The translations under genes and the position numbers were made by a program. From Oceanispirochaeta sp. (GTDB lineage Bacteria; Spirochaetota; Spirochaetia; DSM-2461), in the NCBI GenBank assembly GCA_963666275.2, contig CAXXOA010000002.1, positions 1,664,001 through 1,728,000 of the forward strand: DNA of 64,000 nt, given 5' to 3'. Every line of letters begins with the position of its first letter. The stretch's first letter is position 1. The notes beneath the pieces are model-generated. The model saw nothing but the letters and a program-made list of their open reading frames with translations. It did not search any database and was not told where the DNA came from. Of this stretch, positions 38,101-47,777 are shown piece by piece.

Positions 38101-38982
38101 ATGCTGGATTATATTACCCATCTTGTCCTGGCCCATCAGCATCATGGAAAATACAGGGATATTCTGCACAGGGAGATTCACTCTCTCATCTATGATTATC
38201 CCCGCAGAAACTACTGCCTGCCTGAAGAGGAGTGGTGTGAGTTTATGCTCTCTCTCCAGACCAGGATCGACTCTCTGATCTCCGGATTTGAATTCAGGGG
38301 GTACTCGTTTGTCGCCTATCTGAACCGGACCCTTTCCTGGCAGGTAAAATCCTACTGGGGTTCCCGGAAGAACAGGCTGAACCGGGAGTGGATTATGGAG
38401 AGAGAGTCTGCCCTTGGCTATGAGGAGATTCAGGAGGAACCCCGGGAACTCTGTTCTCTGAAACAGAAGGTCCTTCAGCTTGTCCTGTTAAAGGGGGATA
38501 CGCCCAATAGAAGACGGGTCCTGAGATTGAGGCTTCTTATCCTTCTTCTTAAAAATATTCAGTTTCTTGAGGAACAGGAATTTCTTGACTGTGCCGCAGA
38601 CTTGCGGTTTGATCCCCGTGAAGCCTCGCTCTGGCGGGTCACACTCCTGAACTGCATTCAGGAGAGGATGGGGCGTCGTAATCTTCTCATCGAGCGGCGC
38701 AACCATCTGTACCATAAAATCACCTACTACCAGAAAAAGAGAATGGAACTGTTCTGCGAATACGAAAGAGCTCTTCTGGACGAGAGGATTGCCCGGTTCC
38801 GGAAAAGGCACGGCCGGATCAATGAGGAGCTAAGCCGGGTCTGTCTTGTCCCTTCCAACAGGGAAATCAGTTCTCTTCTGAATATTCCCAAAGGATCTGT
38901 GGATTCAGGGCTTTTCTACCTGAAGGAAATGATGATGCAGATAAGCCGGGACGCTGAAGAGCCTGCAGATCTTTCCGGATAA
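38101..38982 (+). CDS. Hypothetical sigma70-family-like protein (region 2-like N-terminus, coiled coil, region 4-like HTH)
   Basis: FEFRGYSFVAYLNRTLSW resembles region 2.3-2.4; PSNREISSLLNIPKGSVDSGL resembles region 4.2; AAGGAGG SD. Confidence 0.6.
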   Translation: MLDYITHLVLAHQHHGKYRDILHREIHSLIYDYPRRNYCLPEEEWCEFMLSLQTRIDSLISGFEFRGYSFVAYLNRTLSWQVKSYWGSRKNRLNREWIMERESALGYEEIQEEPRELCSLKQKVLQLVLLKGDTPNRRRVLRLRLLILLLKNIQFLEEQEFLDCAADLRFDPREASLWRVTLLNCIQERMGRRNLLIERRNHLYHKITYYQKKRMELFCEYERALLDERIARFRKRHGRINEELSRVCLVPSNREISSLLNIPKGSVDSGLFYLKEMMMQISRDAEEPADLSG

Positions 38983-39027
38983 AATCCGCGCTTGCCTGGA
39001 GGAGGAGTAATGCATTATCTTCTATGT

Positions 39028-39627
39028 ATGGAAATAATACTGGCAAGCGGAAATATGCATAAAAAGAAAGAACTGGAGAAGATTTTCTCCGGTCATAAAC
39101 TGGTACTGCCCGGGGAACTGGGGATCGATTTTGACTGTGATGAAACAGGCTCTACATTTCTGGAGAATGCCCTTCTCAAAGCGGAAACTCTGTACCGTCT
39201 GGTGAACAAACCTGTTCTGGCTGATGATTCGGGGCTCTGTGTTGACGCCATGGACGGGGCGCCGGGGATCTACTCCGCCCGTTACGGCTCCGAGGAGACT
39301 GGAGTGAAGCTCAGCGATGAAGAGCGGAATGCTCTGCTCCTGTCCCGTCTGGAAGAGGAGGAGAACAGAGCGGCATCCTTTGTCTGCTGTATGGCCCTTA
39401 TGATCTCTCCCGGGAGGGTTTTTACTGTACAGGAATCTTTTCCCGGCTCCATTGCCCGTCAGCCCTTCGGCGGCGGAGGATTCGGTTATGATCCCGTCTT
39501 TATTGAACCTGAAAGCGGAAAAACGGTAGCGGAACTTCCCGAAGAAGAGAAGAACAGAATCTCCCACAGAGGGAGAGCGGGAAGACGGATGAATGCTGTT
39601 CTGGAGGACCTTGATGAGTACAGATAA
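39028..39627 (+). CDS. rdgB: Non-canonical purine NTP pyrophosphatase (RdgB/HAM1)
   Basis: ASGNMHK, ETGSTFLENALLKA, ADDSGL, GFGYDPVF, KNRISHRG. Confidence 0.95.
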   Translation: MEIILASGNMHKKKELEKIFSGHKLVLPGELGIDFDCDETGSTFLENALLKAETLYRLVNKPVLADDSGLCVDAMDGAPGIYSARYGSEETGVKLSDEERNALLLSRLEEEENRAASFVCCMALMISPGRVFTVQESFPGSIARQPFGGGGFGYDPVFIEPESGKTVAELPEEEKNRISHRGRAGRRMNAVLEDLDEYR

Positions 39628-41413
39628 TGCCACGCCCCTGAGGGGAAATGTTCCTGAAAAAGATAAATGGGATCTGGGGTCTCTTTATAATAAGGAAGAA
39701 GACTGGGAAAAAGATCTTAAAATTCTGGAAGAGAGGATCCCCGGACTGGAGGCTTTCAAAGGCACTCTCGGTGAGTCGGTGGAAACGATGAAAGCCTGTC
39801 TGGATTACTATTACGAGACAGAACTTCTGGAGGAGAGACTGGGATACTATGCCATGCTCCGAAAAGAGGAAAATGTCTCGGACAGTGAGGGGACAGGCCG
39901 TTTTTCCCGGTATGTCAGTGTGGCCACCAAAAGCGGAGCTGCCGCGAGTTTTCTGAAACCCGAGATCCAGAGCCTCAGTGAAGAGACTCTGGAGAAGTAC
40001 AGGACCTCTCCGGTCCTGAAAGACTACGGCAATGCTCTGGACAGGCTGATCCGCTACAAGCCCCATATCCTTTCGGAGAAAGAGGAGATCCTTCTGGCCA
40101 GACAGGCCGAATCGGCTCAGACTCCCGGAAAGGCATTTTCAGCACTGACCAATGCGGATATGGATTTTGGAACCCTCAAAGCCGGGGGGGTGGAAAAGCC
40201 TCTGACCAATTCGACTTTCGGTGTTTTCCTTCTGGATCCGGACAGGGAGGTACGGAAATCCGCGTTCTTTCAGTTCTATAAGCAGTTTGAAGGCCACCGG
40301 AACACCCTGGCGGAGCTCTACTCGGGAAGTGTCCTGACCGATATCTACAAAGCCCGGATCAGAGGGTTTGAAACAGCCCGGCAGGCAAGCCTCTTTCCGG
40401 ATGATGTACCCGACAGTGTCTACGATAATCTTATAAACACAGTGGGAAACAACCTGGAGCCTCTTCACAGGTATTATGAGCTCAGACGAAAGGTTTTGGG
40501 GCTGGAAAAGCTTCATCTGTATGATACAAAAGTCTCTCTGGTTTCTGATGTGAAGGTAAAGCATACCTTTGATCAGGCCGTGGAAAAAGTCCTCAGTGCT
40601 CTTTCCCCTCTGGGAGAGGAGTACGTTTCCACTCTGAAACAGGGCCTCACCGGAGGCTGGGTGGACAAGTATGAAAATAAAGGCAAACGGTCGGGAGCAT
40701 TTTCTGCCGGATCCTACAGGGGGGATCCCTATATCCTTATGAACTTTAAAGAGGATGATATCCGGGATGTTTTTACCCTGGCTCACGAAGGGGGGCACTC
40801 CATGCACTCCTGGTACTCTGTGCGGAACAACCTCTTTCAGGATTATAACTATACGATCTTTGAAGCCGAGGTAGCCTCGACTTTCAATGAACAGCTCCTG
40901 GCTGAGTATCTGCAGAATGAGACGGACGACAGGAACCTGAAGCTCTACCTCATCGGAAGGCAGATCGATGATATCCTGGCGACGATCTACAGACAGACCA
41001 TGTTTGCCGAATATGAACTCATATGTCATACCCTGGCCGAGAGCGGCTCGCCTCTGACCGTGGATGTTCTGCGGCGGGAATACAGGTCTCTTCTTGAAAA
41101 ATACTTCGGCGACAATGTGGAGATAGATGAACCTGCTGATCTGGAAGGGTTGAGGATTCCCCATTTCTACAGGGCCTTTTATGTCTATAAATATGCCACA
41201 GGTCTTTCTGCGGCGATGACCCTTTCGCAGATGGTTCTTCAGGGAGGGGATAAGGAAAGGGAGAACTATCTCGGTTTCCTCAAGTCAGGGGGCTCCCGCT
41301 TTCCTCTGGAATCTCTGAAGCTGGCCGGAGTGGATATGTCCAGGAGCGAACCTGTAGAGAAAGCGCTTAAGAAGTTTTCTGAACTGGTGATATTTTTTGA
41401 AAAGTCTTTATAA
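39614..41413 (+). CDS. pepF: Oligoendopeptidase F (M3B)
   Basis: WDL, GKRSGAFS, AHEGGHSMHS (HExxH), AEVAST, RIPHFY, YVYKYATG. Confidence 0.95.
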   Translation: MSTDNATPLRGNVPEKDKWDLGSLYNKEEDWEKDLKILEERIPGLEAFKGTLGESVETMKACLDYYYETELLEERLGYYAMLRKEENVSDSEGTGRFSRYVSVATKSGAAASFLKPEIQSLSEETLEKYRTSPVLKDYGNALDRLIRYKPHILSEKEEILLARQAESAQTPGKAFSALTNADMDFGTLKAGGVEKPLTNSTFGVFLLDPDREVRKSAFFQFYKQFEGHRNTLAELYSGSVLTDIYKARIRGFETARQASLFPDDVPDSVYDNLINTVGNNLEPLHRYYELRRKVLGLEKLHLYDTKVSLVSDVKVKHTFDQAVEKVLSALSPLGEEYVSTLKQGLTGGWVDKYENKGKRSGAFSAGSYRGDPYILMNFKEDDIRDVFTLAHEGGHSMHSWYSVRNNLFQDYNYTIFEAEVASTFNEQLLAEYLQNETDDRNLKLYLIGRQIDDILATIYRQTMFAEYELICHTLAESGSPLTVDVLRREYRSLLEKYFGDNVEIDEPADLEGLRIPHFYRAFYVYKYATGLSAAMTLSQMVLQGGDKERENYLGFLKSGGSRFPLESLKLAGVDMSRSEPVEKALKKFSELVIFFEKSL

Positions 41414-41544
41414 AATTACAACAGGAGATTTTTTTATTCAATTCTATAACTGATAAATATATAAAATAATTCTATTTCTATTCCGTCAAGAACTATATAA
41501 ATGATGTATCTAATTCTCTTGACGGAATATTTTTTTTTGTATAA

Positions 41545-41563
41545 ATTGCACTATAGGTGCAAT
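41545..41563. promoter_or_regulatory. Predicted TetR operator overlapping the MMPL operon promoter
   Basis: ATTGCAC-TATAG-GTGCAAT palindrome overlapping the -10 of TTGACG-17-TAAATT (41519-41547). Confidence 0.6.
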
Positions 41564-41596
41564 AAGTGCACTTTAAATGTATTATTGGAGAAATAA

Positions 41597-44251
41597 TTGA
41601 TACGATTACTAAAAAGACCCAAACTTAATCTTTTCATTATAATTTTATTTACAATTTTTTGGGGATATCAGCTTCCAAACATTCAATTAGATAATGATGT
41701 AACAAAATTTCTGCCCGATGATCATCCTGTTAACAGGCAGCTGGATGAAGAAGAAGCCCTATTCGGCAGCAGCGATATAATGGTTATTGCGCTTGAAAAT
41801 ACCCAGGGGACAATTCTAAAAAAAGATTTGATTGCATTAGTATCCGATCTAACCCGATTTTCAGAAGAACTGAATGGGGTCGATGATGTTGAGAGTCTGA
41901 CAAATGTGGATTATATACAGACAATTCCTGGAGGGATGGATGTATCTCCTCTTGTGGATGATAATTTTTCCGGAACGGAAGCAGAGCTGGCGGAACTAAA
42001 GAAAAAGCTGCTTTCATGGGATGTCTATAGGGATGTTTTATACTCTGAGGATTTCTCTTCGACTCAAATTGCTATAACTCTTGTTCCAGATATAGACCCG
42101 GATCTTCAGGAGGATATTTATTTTTCATTGAAAACATACCTAGAAGGGAATCTTCCTCCAGGTATCAATCATTATATTGCCGGAAATCCCTCAGTACTCT
42201 CACTTATCTCTGTCTATATGAAAGAAGATCTTAAATCTCTGATTCCCATGGTCGTAGCTGTTTTAATTTTCTTTCTGTTTCTGTTTTTTAAAAGACCGGG
42301 AGGAGTTATTCTTCCCTTCTTCTCTGTATTGATCAGTACAGTCTGGACAATTGGGATCATGGCCTTTTTGCATATTCCTCTTTCTATTGTTTCAACTGCT
42401 ATACCTGTTCTGATGGTTGCCGTAGGGAGTGCTTATGGAATTCATGTTGTTTCCCACTATTATGACGATCTGAAGCAAACAGGGTGTATATTGGACCATG
42501 AGGCAAATGTTCAGCTTGTTCATTCAGTTATGAAGAATGTCGGTCTACCTGTTCTTACAGCTTCCCTGACCACTATTGCTGGGTTTGCCTCGCTAGCTGT
42601 CAGTCGTATAGTGCCACTGCGATATTTTGGCATCTTCACTGCTGTCGGTGTTTTTGTCGCTATGATCGTTTCACTTGTTTTGATTCCCTCCATCCTGTTA
42701 CTGAGACATAGAAGCAGTGTTAAAAAAAGTCATGATAGCAAATCAGCAGGAAATCCTTCGGCAACAGAGTACATTTTCAGCAGTGCTTCCCGGTTTCTTG
42801 GGAGCAATACTAGCAGACTTATTGTCATGTTTATTGCTGTAATTGCTCTCTCAATCTATGGGATAAACCATTTAATTGTAGACAATTCATTAATTGAATT
42901 TTTTAAGAAAGAGTCGGAAATCCGCCAGTCTGAACAGTTTATGTCAAAACATTTTGTTGGTACGGAGAGTTTTAGTATAATTCTTGAAGGCCAAGAACCT
43001 GGATCAATGGCTTATCCAGAAGTGTTACAGGGTATAAAGGAACTGGAAAAATATTTATACAAAAAATATGAGGTAGTTACTAAAGTTACCTCTTTCAGTG
43101 ATTTTGTTATGCGAATGAATCAGGTCATGAATGATCCTGATGGCTTTATTCCTCTTGAAGTTGAAGGGGAGTATGATAATGAAGGTAGTGACTGGGATGC
43201 TGGAAGCTGGAACGACGGGTTTAGTAGTTTTTCATCCTTTGTTGAAGATGAGTCCGTCATTGAAGAAGACGTGTCTTCTGTATCTTATACAGTCTCCGAG
43301 GCAAAGGACAGTTACAACCTCGAGGATAAACTCAGCTATTCTGAGTTTTGTAATCTTCTGGAAAAGGTCTGGTATGAATCAGATGCCAGCGAGCTGAACG
43401 CTTCTGAGTTGATACAGGGGGTTTTTAAGGAGCTGAACAGGGGAGGAGCGGATTATTATGAAGTTCCATTAGATCCGGAAAAATATAATTTAAATACACA
43501 GGAAGATCTTCAGAATCTGATCAGCCAATACCTTCTTCTATTTTCTGGAGATCTTGACCGTTTTACAGATGATGGTATCGAACCTTCTAAAATCCGGATC
43601 AATGTGACTCTCAAAACCACAGGATCGCGTCTTCCACATGAAATTATGGAGGATGCCAGCAATTATGCGAATAATCTTTTTCCTAAGAATGTCAAAATCT
43701 GGACGTCCGGATTGGCAAAAGCAAAATTTGCTGTAACAAACCTGATCGTTTCGACTCAGATCCATAGTATTGTTCTATCATTGATTCTGGTTTTCATAAT
43801 TGTGACTATTCAGTTCAGGTCTTTTCCAATTGGCTTTATCAGTATTATCCCTCTCTCTTTCTCTATTCTGATCAACTTCGGTGTCATGGGGTTATTCAAA
43901 ATTAAATTGGATATCGGTACCGCTATTGTCGCTTCGGTGGCAATCGGTATAGGAATTGATTACACCATTCATTTTTTAAGTGGCTATTTTCAGATATGGA
44001 AATCTCAAGAAAATCCGACTCACCGGGTGGTTATGGATAAGTTATGGATGAGTGTCGGCAAAGCTATTGTTTTTAATGCTCTCTCTGTGGCTGCCGGCTT
44101 TTGTGTCCTTGTCTTTTCCAATTTTTATCCACTGATCTACCTGGGGGTTCTTATTGTTCTGACTATGCTGACTTCCAGTCTGGGAGCCCTGACTGTATTA
44201 CCGGCAATCATAAAGATTATAAATCCCGCAAAATTGTATAAGGAGAAATAG
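41597..44251 (+). CDS. MMPL/RND family transporter
   Basis: Two RND-like halves; AVGSAYGIH, LTTIAGFASL, IGIGIDYTIHF; TTG start with GGAG. Confidence 0.9.
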   Translation: MIRLLKRPKLNLFIIILFTIFWGYQLPNIQLDNDVTKFLPDDHPVNRQLDEEEALFGSSDIMVIALENTQGTILKKDLIALVSDLTRFSEELNGVDDVESLTNVDYIQTIPGGMDVSPLVDDNFSGTEAELAELKKKLLSWDVYRDVLYSEDFSSTQIAITLVPDIDPDLQEDIYFSLKTYLEGNLPPGINHYIAGNPSVLSLISVYMKEDLKSLIPMVVAVLIFFLFLFFKRPGGVILPFFSVLISTVWTIGIMAFLHIPLSIVSTAIPVLMVAVGSAYGIHVVSHYYDDLKQTGCILDHEANVQLVHSVMKNVGLPVLTASLTTIAGFASLAVSRIVPLRYFGIFTAVGVFVAMIVSLVLIPSILLLRHRSSVKKSHDSKSAGNPSATEYIFSSASRFLGSNTSRLIVMFIAVIALSIYGINHLIVDNSLIEFFKKESEIRQSEQFMSKHFVGTESFSIILEGQEPGSMAYPEVLQGIKELEKYLYKKYEVVTKVTSFSDFVMRMNQVMNDPDGFIPLEVEGEYDNEGSDWDAGSWNDGFSSFSSFVEDESVIEEDVSSVSYTVSEAKDSYNLEDKLSYSEFCNLLEKVWYESDASELNASELIQGVFKELNRGGADYYEVPLDPEKYNLNTQEDLQNLISQYLLLFSGDLDRFTDDGIEPSKIRINVTLKTTGSRLPHEIMEDASNYANNLFPKNVKIWTSGLAKAKFAVTNLIVSTQIHSIVLSLILVFIIVTIQFRSFPIGFISIIPLSFSILINFGVMGLFKIKLDIGTAIVASVAIGIGIDYTIHFLSGYFQIWKSQENPTHRVVMDKLWMSVGKAIVFNALSVAAGFCVLVFSNFYPLIYLGVLIVLTMLTSSLGALTVLPAIIKIINPAKLYKEK

Positions 44252-44255
44252 AATT

Positions 44256-45035
44256 ATGTCATTAAAAAAAAGAGCAGTCCTGCTGGTTTGCACAATTTTG
44301 GTTCCTTTCAGTCTTTTTGCCCTGACAGGACGAGAAATTGCAGAAAATGTTGAAAACCGCCCTGATGGTTCTTCATCTCACACTTTGGTTCAAATGAAAT
44401 TGATAGACAAAAACGGTTTAGAAAACACAAGAATCATAGAAGAGTACAGTATGGATACTTCTGATGGTCTGGGACGTGTGGTTATGGTTTTTCACTCACC
44501 AGCTTCAGTCAAAAATACCCGTTTTCTTGTTCTGGAGAATCAGGGAAATAAAGATGATGATAAATGGATCTTCCTTCCTGCGCTTCAACGGGTCAGGAGA
44601 ATTGCTGCATCCGAAGGCGATCAGTCGTTTATGGGCACGGATTTCTCGTACGACGATATGTCCAGTCTTGATATTGACGATTATACATACACCTTATTAA
44701 CAGAGGAACGGCTGGGCGATCTTGATTGTTATGTGGTGGAAGCTGTTCCTGTTGATCCGGATGATAACCAGTATAGCAGACTTGTCACCTGGGTAGAAAA
44801 AAACAATTGGGTTAACCGGAAAGTTGAAATGTATGATAAAAAAGGCAGTCTCCTGAAAATTCTGGAGGTCAAGCAGGTTGAATCGGTCCAGGGGTATGAA
44901 ACGCCCATTATGACAAAGATGACCAATGTTCAGGATAATCATTCCACTGAGTTGACTGTACAGAAGGTTCAGTATGATGAATCTTATCCGGACGGCTTAT
45001 TTTCCACACGGTTCCTTCAATCAGGAAGACCATAA
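44256..45035 (+). CDS. Outer-membrane lipoprotein-sorting (LolA-like) protein
   Basis: Signal peptide; F.SPASVKNTRFL, DDKWIFLPAL.RVRRI, SFMGTDFSYDD. Confidence 0.88.
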   Translation: MSLKKRAVLLVCTILVPFSLFALTGREIAENVENRPDGSSSHTLVQMKLIDKNGLENTRIIEEYSMDTSDGLGRVVMVFHSPASVKNTRFLVLENQGNKDDDKWIFLPALQRVRRIAASEGDQSFMGTDFSYDDMSSLDIDDYTYTLLTEERLGDLDCYVVEAVPVDPDDNQYSRLVTWVEKNNWVNRKVEMYDKKGSLLKILEVKQVESVQGYETPIMTKMTNVQDNHSTELTVQKVQYDESYPDGLFSTRFLQSGRP

Positions 45036-45056
45036 AAATTATTGGAGGATCATGTG

Positions 45057-46490
45057 ATGTCAAGACAAGGTTTTTTAAACATTCTCTTTTTTCTCCTGGC
45101 GGGATTGTCATTCCTATTTGCAGAGGAAAACGGAGATGGTTTTACAAGTGACTTTACAAGTGACTTTACAAGTGACTTTACAAGTGAAGGTCTGGAATCT
45201 AATCTGGAGATCTCCGGAGAAGTCAGTTCAGAATACAGGGGATATTTTAAAAATGATTCTTTGACTGATTCGATAACGGAAGGGGAATTAAAATTTCATT
45301 ATAGCAAAGAAGATTCAGAGGCTGTTATGGATATTTCTGTATCATCAGAACAAACCATCTTTCTAAATGAAGCTTCTATCTCATTTTTCGGGGGGACAGG
45401 AACTTTTGAAACGGGATTCCTTAAAAAGGTTTGGGGTAAAGGGGATAAACTTCATATTTTCAATCTGCTCAATCCTATTGACCGTTCCGATTTTATTAAT
45501 CCAGATTATCTGGATACTCTCGAACCAGAGCTTATGGTTTCATATACAATACCAGTCAGACAGATGGGACAACTGGAACTGGTTTATGTACCCAGATTTA
45601 CCCCGGATATAAATCCTTCCTCCGGAATTTGGAGCACTTTTCAAGCCGAAAACCTGAAAGAGTATATAGAATCGGAAGCTAGCTCTGCAGCTCTGGCTGT
45701 TTATGAAGAGGCATACAGTCAAATGAAGGCAAATGGAAGTTCTGATGAAAGTGCAGCAGCTTATGCTTCTATCCAGCAAACAGCTTTTCTCTCGGGACAT
45801 ACTAGTATTGAAGATTTGTCTGAAAATACAGAAAGCTGGGAAAAAAGCCAGTTTGGTTTGTATTATACTGATACATTCGGGATTTTGGATCTGGGATTTT
45901 CTGCTTATTCCGGCTATTACAGGAGCCCCTCACTGGCGGTTGATGATGAAGAGTTACGTTTGATATACAATGCACTAAGGGTTATCGGTAGTGATTTCGG
46001 GGCTGTATTTGGTCGTTTTAATACCAGGGGGGAAATTGCCTATTATTTGACAGATGATTTCAAGGGAGATGATCCGGAGATCTATAATAACAGACTGAAA
46101 TGGGTGGCCGGATTTGATGCGGATTTGCCTCTGGCAAATCTGAATTTCAATATTCAGGAGACCGGTACTTATATTTTTAATGCCAAAAATCTGACTGTAT
46201 CCGATGTGGATTTCAATAAGAATGAACAGGATACAGAGAATCTTCTGGTAGTGAAAATTACTGATAAATTGAACCATGATAGACTGGAATTGGGGATCAG
46301 GGGACTCTTTCATTTTGAAAAAAACGGCTGGATCATTGGTCCCCTGGTTACAGCGGATCTTGGGGATAATCTGAGCCTGGAGGGAGAGTCTAGGTTCTTT
46401 GGAGGAGAAGTTGATGACGAATCTCTCTTTGCACAATTTAAGGATAATGATTATTTTCAGCTGAAAATTATTTATACTTTTGCAAATTAA
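45057..46490 (+). CDS. Putative outer-membrane beta-barrel protein (DUF1302-like position in MMPL module)
   Basis: Signal peptide; G.LKKVWGKGD, aromatic C-terminal strand YFQLKIIYTF. Confidence 0.65.
   Translation: MSRQGFLNILFFLLAGLSFLFAEENGDGFTSDFTSDFTSDFTSEGLESNLEISGEVSSEYRGYFKNDSLTDSITEGELKFHYSKEDSEAVMDISVSSEQTIFLNEASISFFGGTGTFETGFLKKVWGKGDKLHIFNLLNPIDRSDFINPDYLDTLEPELMVSYTIPVRQMGQLELVYVPRFTPDINPSSGIWSTFQAENLKEYIESEASSAALAVYEEAYSQMKANGSSDESAAAYASIQQTAFLSGHTSIEDLSENTESWEKSQFGLYYTDTFGILDLGFSAYSGYYRSPSLAVDDEELRLIYNALRVIGSDFGAVFGRFNTRGEIAYYLTDDFKGDDPEIYNNRLKWVAGFDADLPLANLNFNIQETGTYIFNAKNLTVSDVDFNKNEQDTENLLVVKITDKLNHDRLELGIRGLFHFEKNGWIIGPLVTADLGDNLSLEGESRFFGGEVDDESLFAQFKDNDYFQLKIIYTFAN
45141..45187 (+). 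repeat. In-frame 12-bp tandem repeat, about 4 copies (FTSD)
   Basis: TTTACAAGTGAC x3 plus TTTACAAGTGA. Confidence 0.95.
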
Positions 46491-46691
46491 AATTTAGCCA
46501 CAATATCTGTAAACTATATTTTATTGTAACTAAATATATATAATGTAGATATATAGTCCATAGCATCAGAAATAGTCTATTCATTATATAAAAAAAAGAT
46601 TATTTATAATAGATTTGACAACAAGCCCTTCGATTGGTTAACATTTCAGACAACTGAAATAAACCTTTTAACATTTAAGGAGAAATGGAAA

Positions 46692-47723
46692 ATGAAGAAG
46701 TTGTCAATCGCTCTCTTGATGGCCGCTTTCACAGCCGGTCTGTTTGCAGATGACGCTATTGTAATGCCCGAAGGTGTCTTCCGGGCCAGACTCACTAATT
46801 CCTATGCATTTTATGATGAAGCATATAATGATGACGGGGAAGCTAAAGATTCCACTGAGGTCAGTATGGATCTTTTGGGAGCTGCATTTGAAATGGGGAT
46901 GACGAAAGAACTCACCCTGGGACTCCAGTGGGCTCCTGCAGCAGTCGTCTGGTCTGATGTAGACATTAATGATGCTACTTTAACTGGACAGCTGGATCAG
47001 TTATTTGTCGGAGTAAAGGCTCAAATAGTTGGTGAGCAGGGGTATGTTCCTAACGATAAGATACGTTTTGCAGTCTCTCCTGGAATCAAAATTCCACTTC
47101 AGAAATACGATGTAGAAAGTGAACTTGAAAGTGCATTGGATGGCGATGAGTTTACTGTTACGAGTTTTGATAATGAAGCTTTAGGTTTGGGTGGACGTCT
47201 GAGTCTGGATTATATTGTAAATGATGAATTTTATGTTAACGTCTATTCTGAAATTATTTACAATCTTCCCGTCGAAAAAAACCTTGATGCCCAATCTGCA
47301 GCAGCAATCTATGAATCTGCAATGGGAGATTTAATGCCCTATATTCTGAATGGTACATATACTCTGGAAGAAGCTGAAGCAATTGCTATGAAAGCAGCTA
47401 CTGATGATTATGAGTATGAGTACGGAATGGACTTTCTGATAGAAGTTGATCCTCATTATGAGATGATGGTTTCGGAAAAAGATTCTGTTAAATTCAATCT
47501 TCCTGTAAGATACACTGTCAGCCCGGAAGTACAAGTCGAAGGTGAAAAAGTTGTAGATAGCGGTTACCTTCTTACTATGGCTCCTCAGGTCGCATTTTTC
47601 AGTGCCAGCGGTGTTATGCCCTGGGAAGTATCTTTGGATTATAGTCTTCCTTTAGCGGGACAGAATGCATCAAAGTCTAATAGTGTGACCTTGCAGGTCA
47701 AATTATACGGTAGAATCTTCTAA
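46692..47723 (+). CDS. Putative outer-membrane beta-barrel protein
   Basis: SPI signal (LFA/DD), amphipathic strands, C-terminal LQVKLYGRIF; AAGGAG SD. Confidence 0.65.
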   Translation: MKKLSIALLMAAFTAGLFADDAIVMPEGVFRARLTNSYAFYDEAYNDDGEAKDSTEVSMDLLGAAFEMGMTKELTLGLQWAPAAVVWSDVDINDATLTGQLDQLFVGVKAQIVGEQGYVPNDKIRFAVSPGIKIPLQKYDVESELESALDGDEFTVTSFDNEALGLGGRLSLDYIVNDEFYVNVYSEIIYNLPVEKNLDAQSAAAIYESAMGDLMPYILNGTYTLEEAEAIAMKAATDDYEYEYGMDFLIEVDPHYEMMVSEKDSVKFNLPVRYTVSPEVQVEGEKVVDSGYLLTMAPQVAFFSASGVMPWEVSLDYSLPLAGQNASKSNSVTLQVKLYGRIF

Positions 47724-47777
47724 TTAGATTCGTTCCTGATAATCCGGGAAAATGCTAAAAATATAAAGAGACCAATC

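Noticed and set aside
40139..41164. Long antisense ORFs (also 55612-56664, 28091-29053, 13513-14394, 9934-10719)
   Set aside because: Shadows of well-supported genes on the opposite strand; no motifs or RBS
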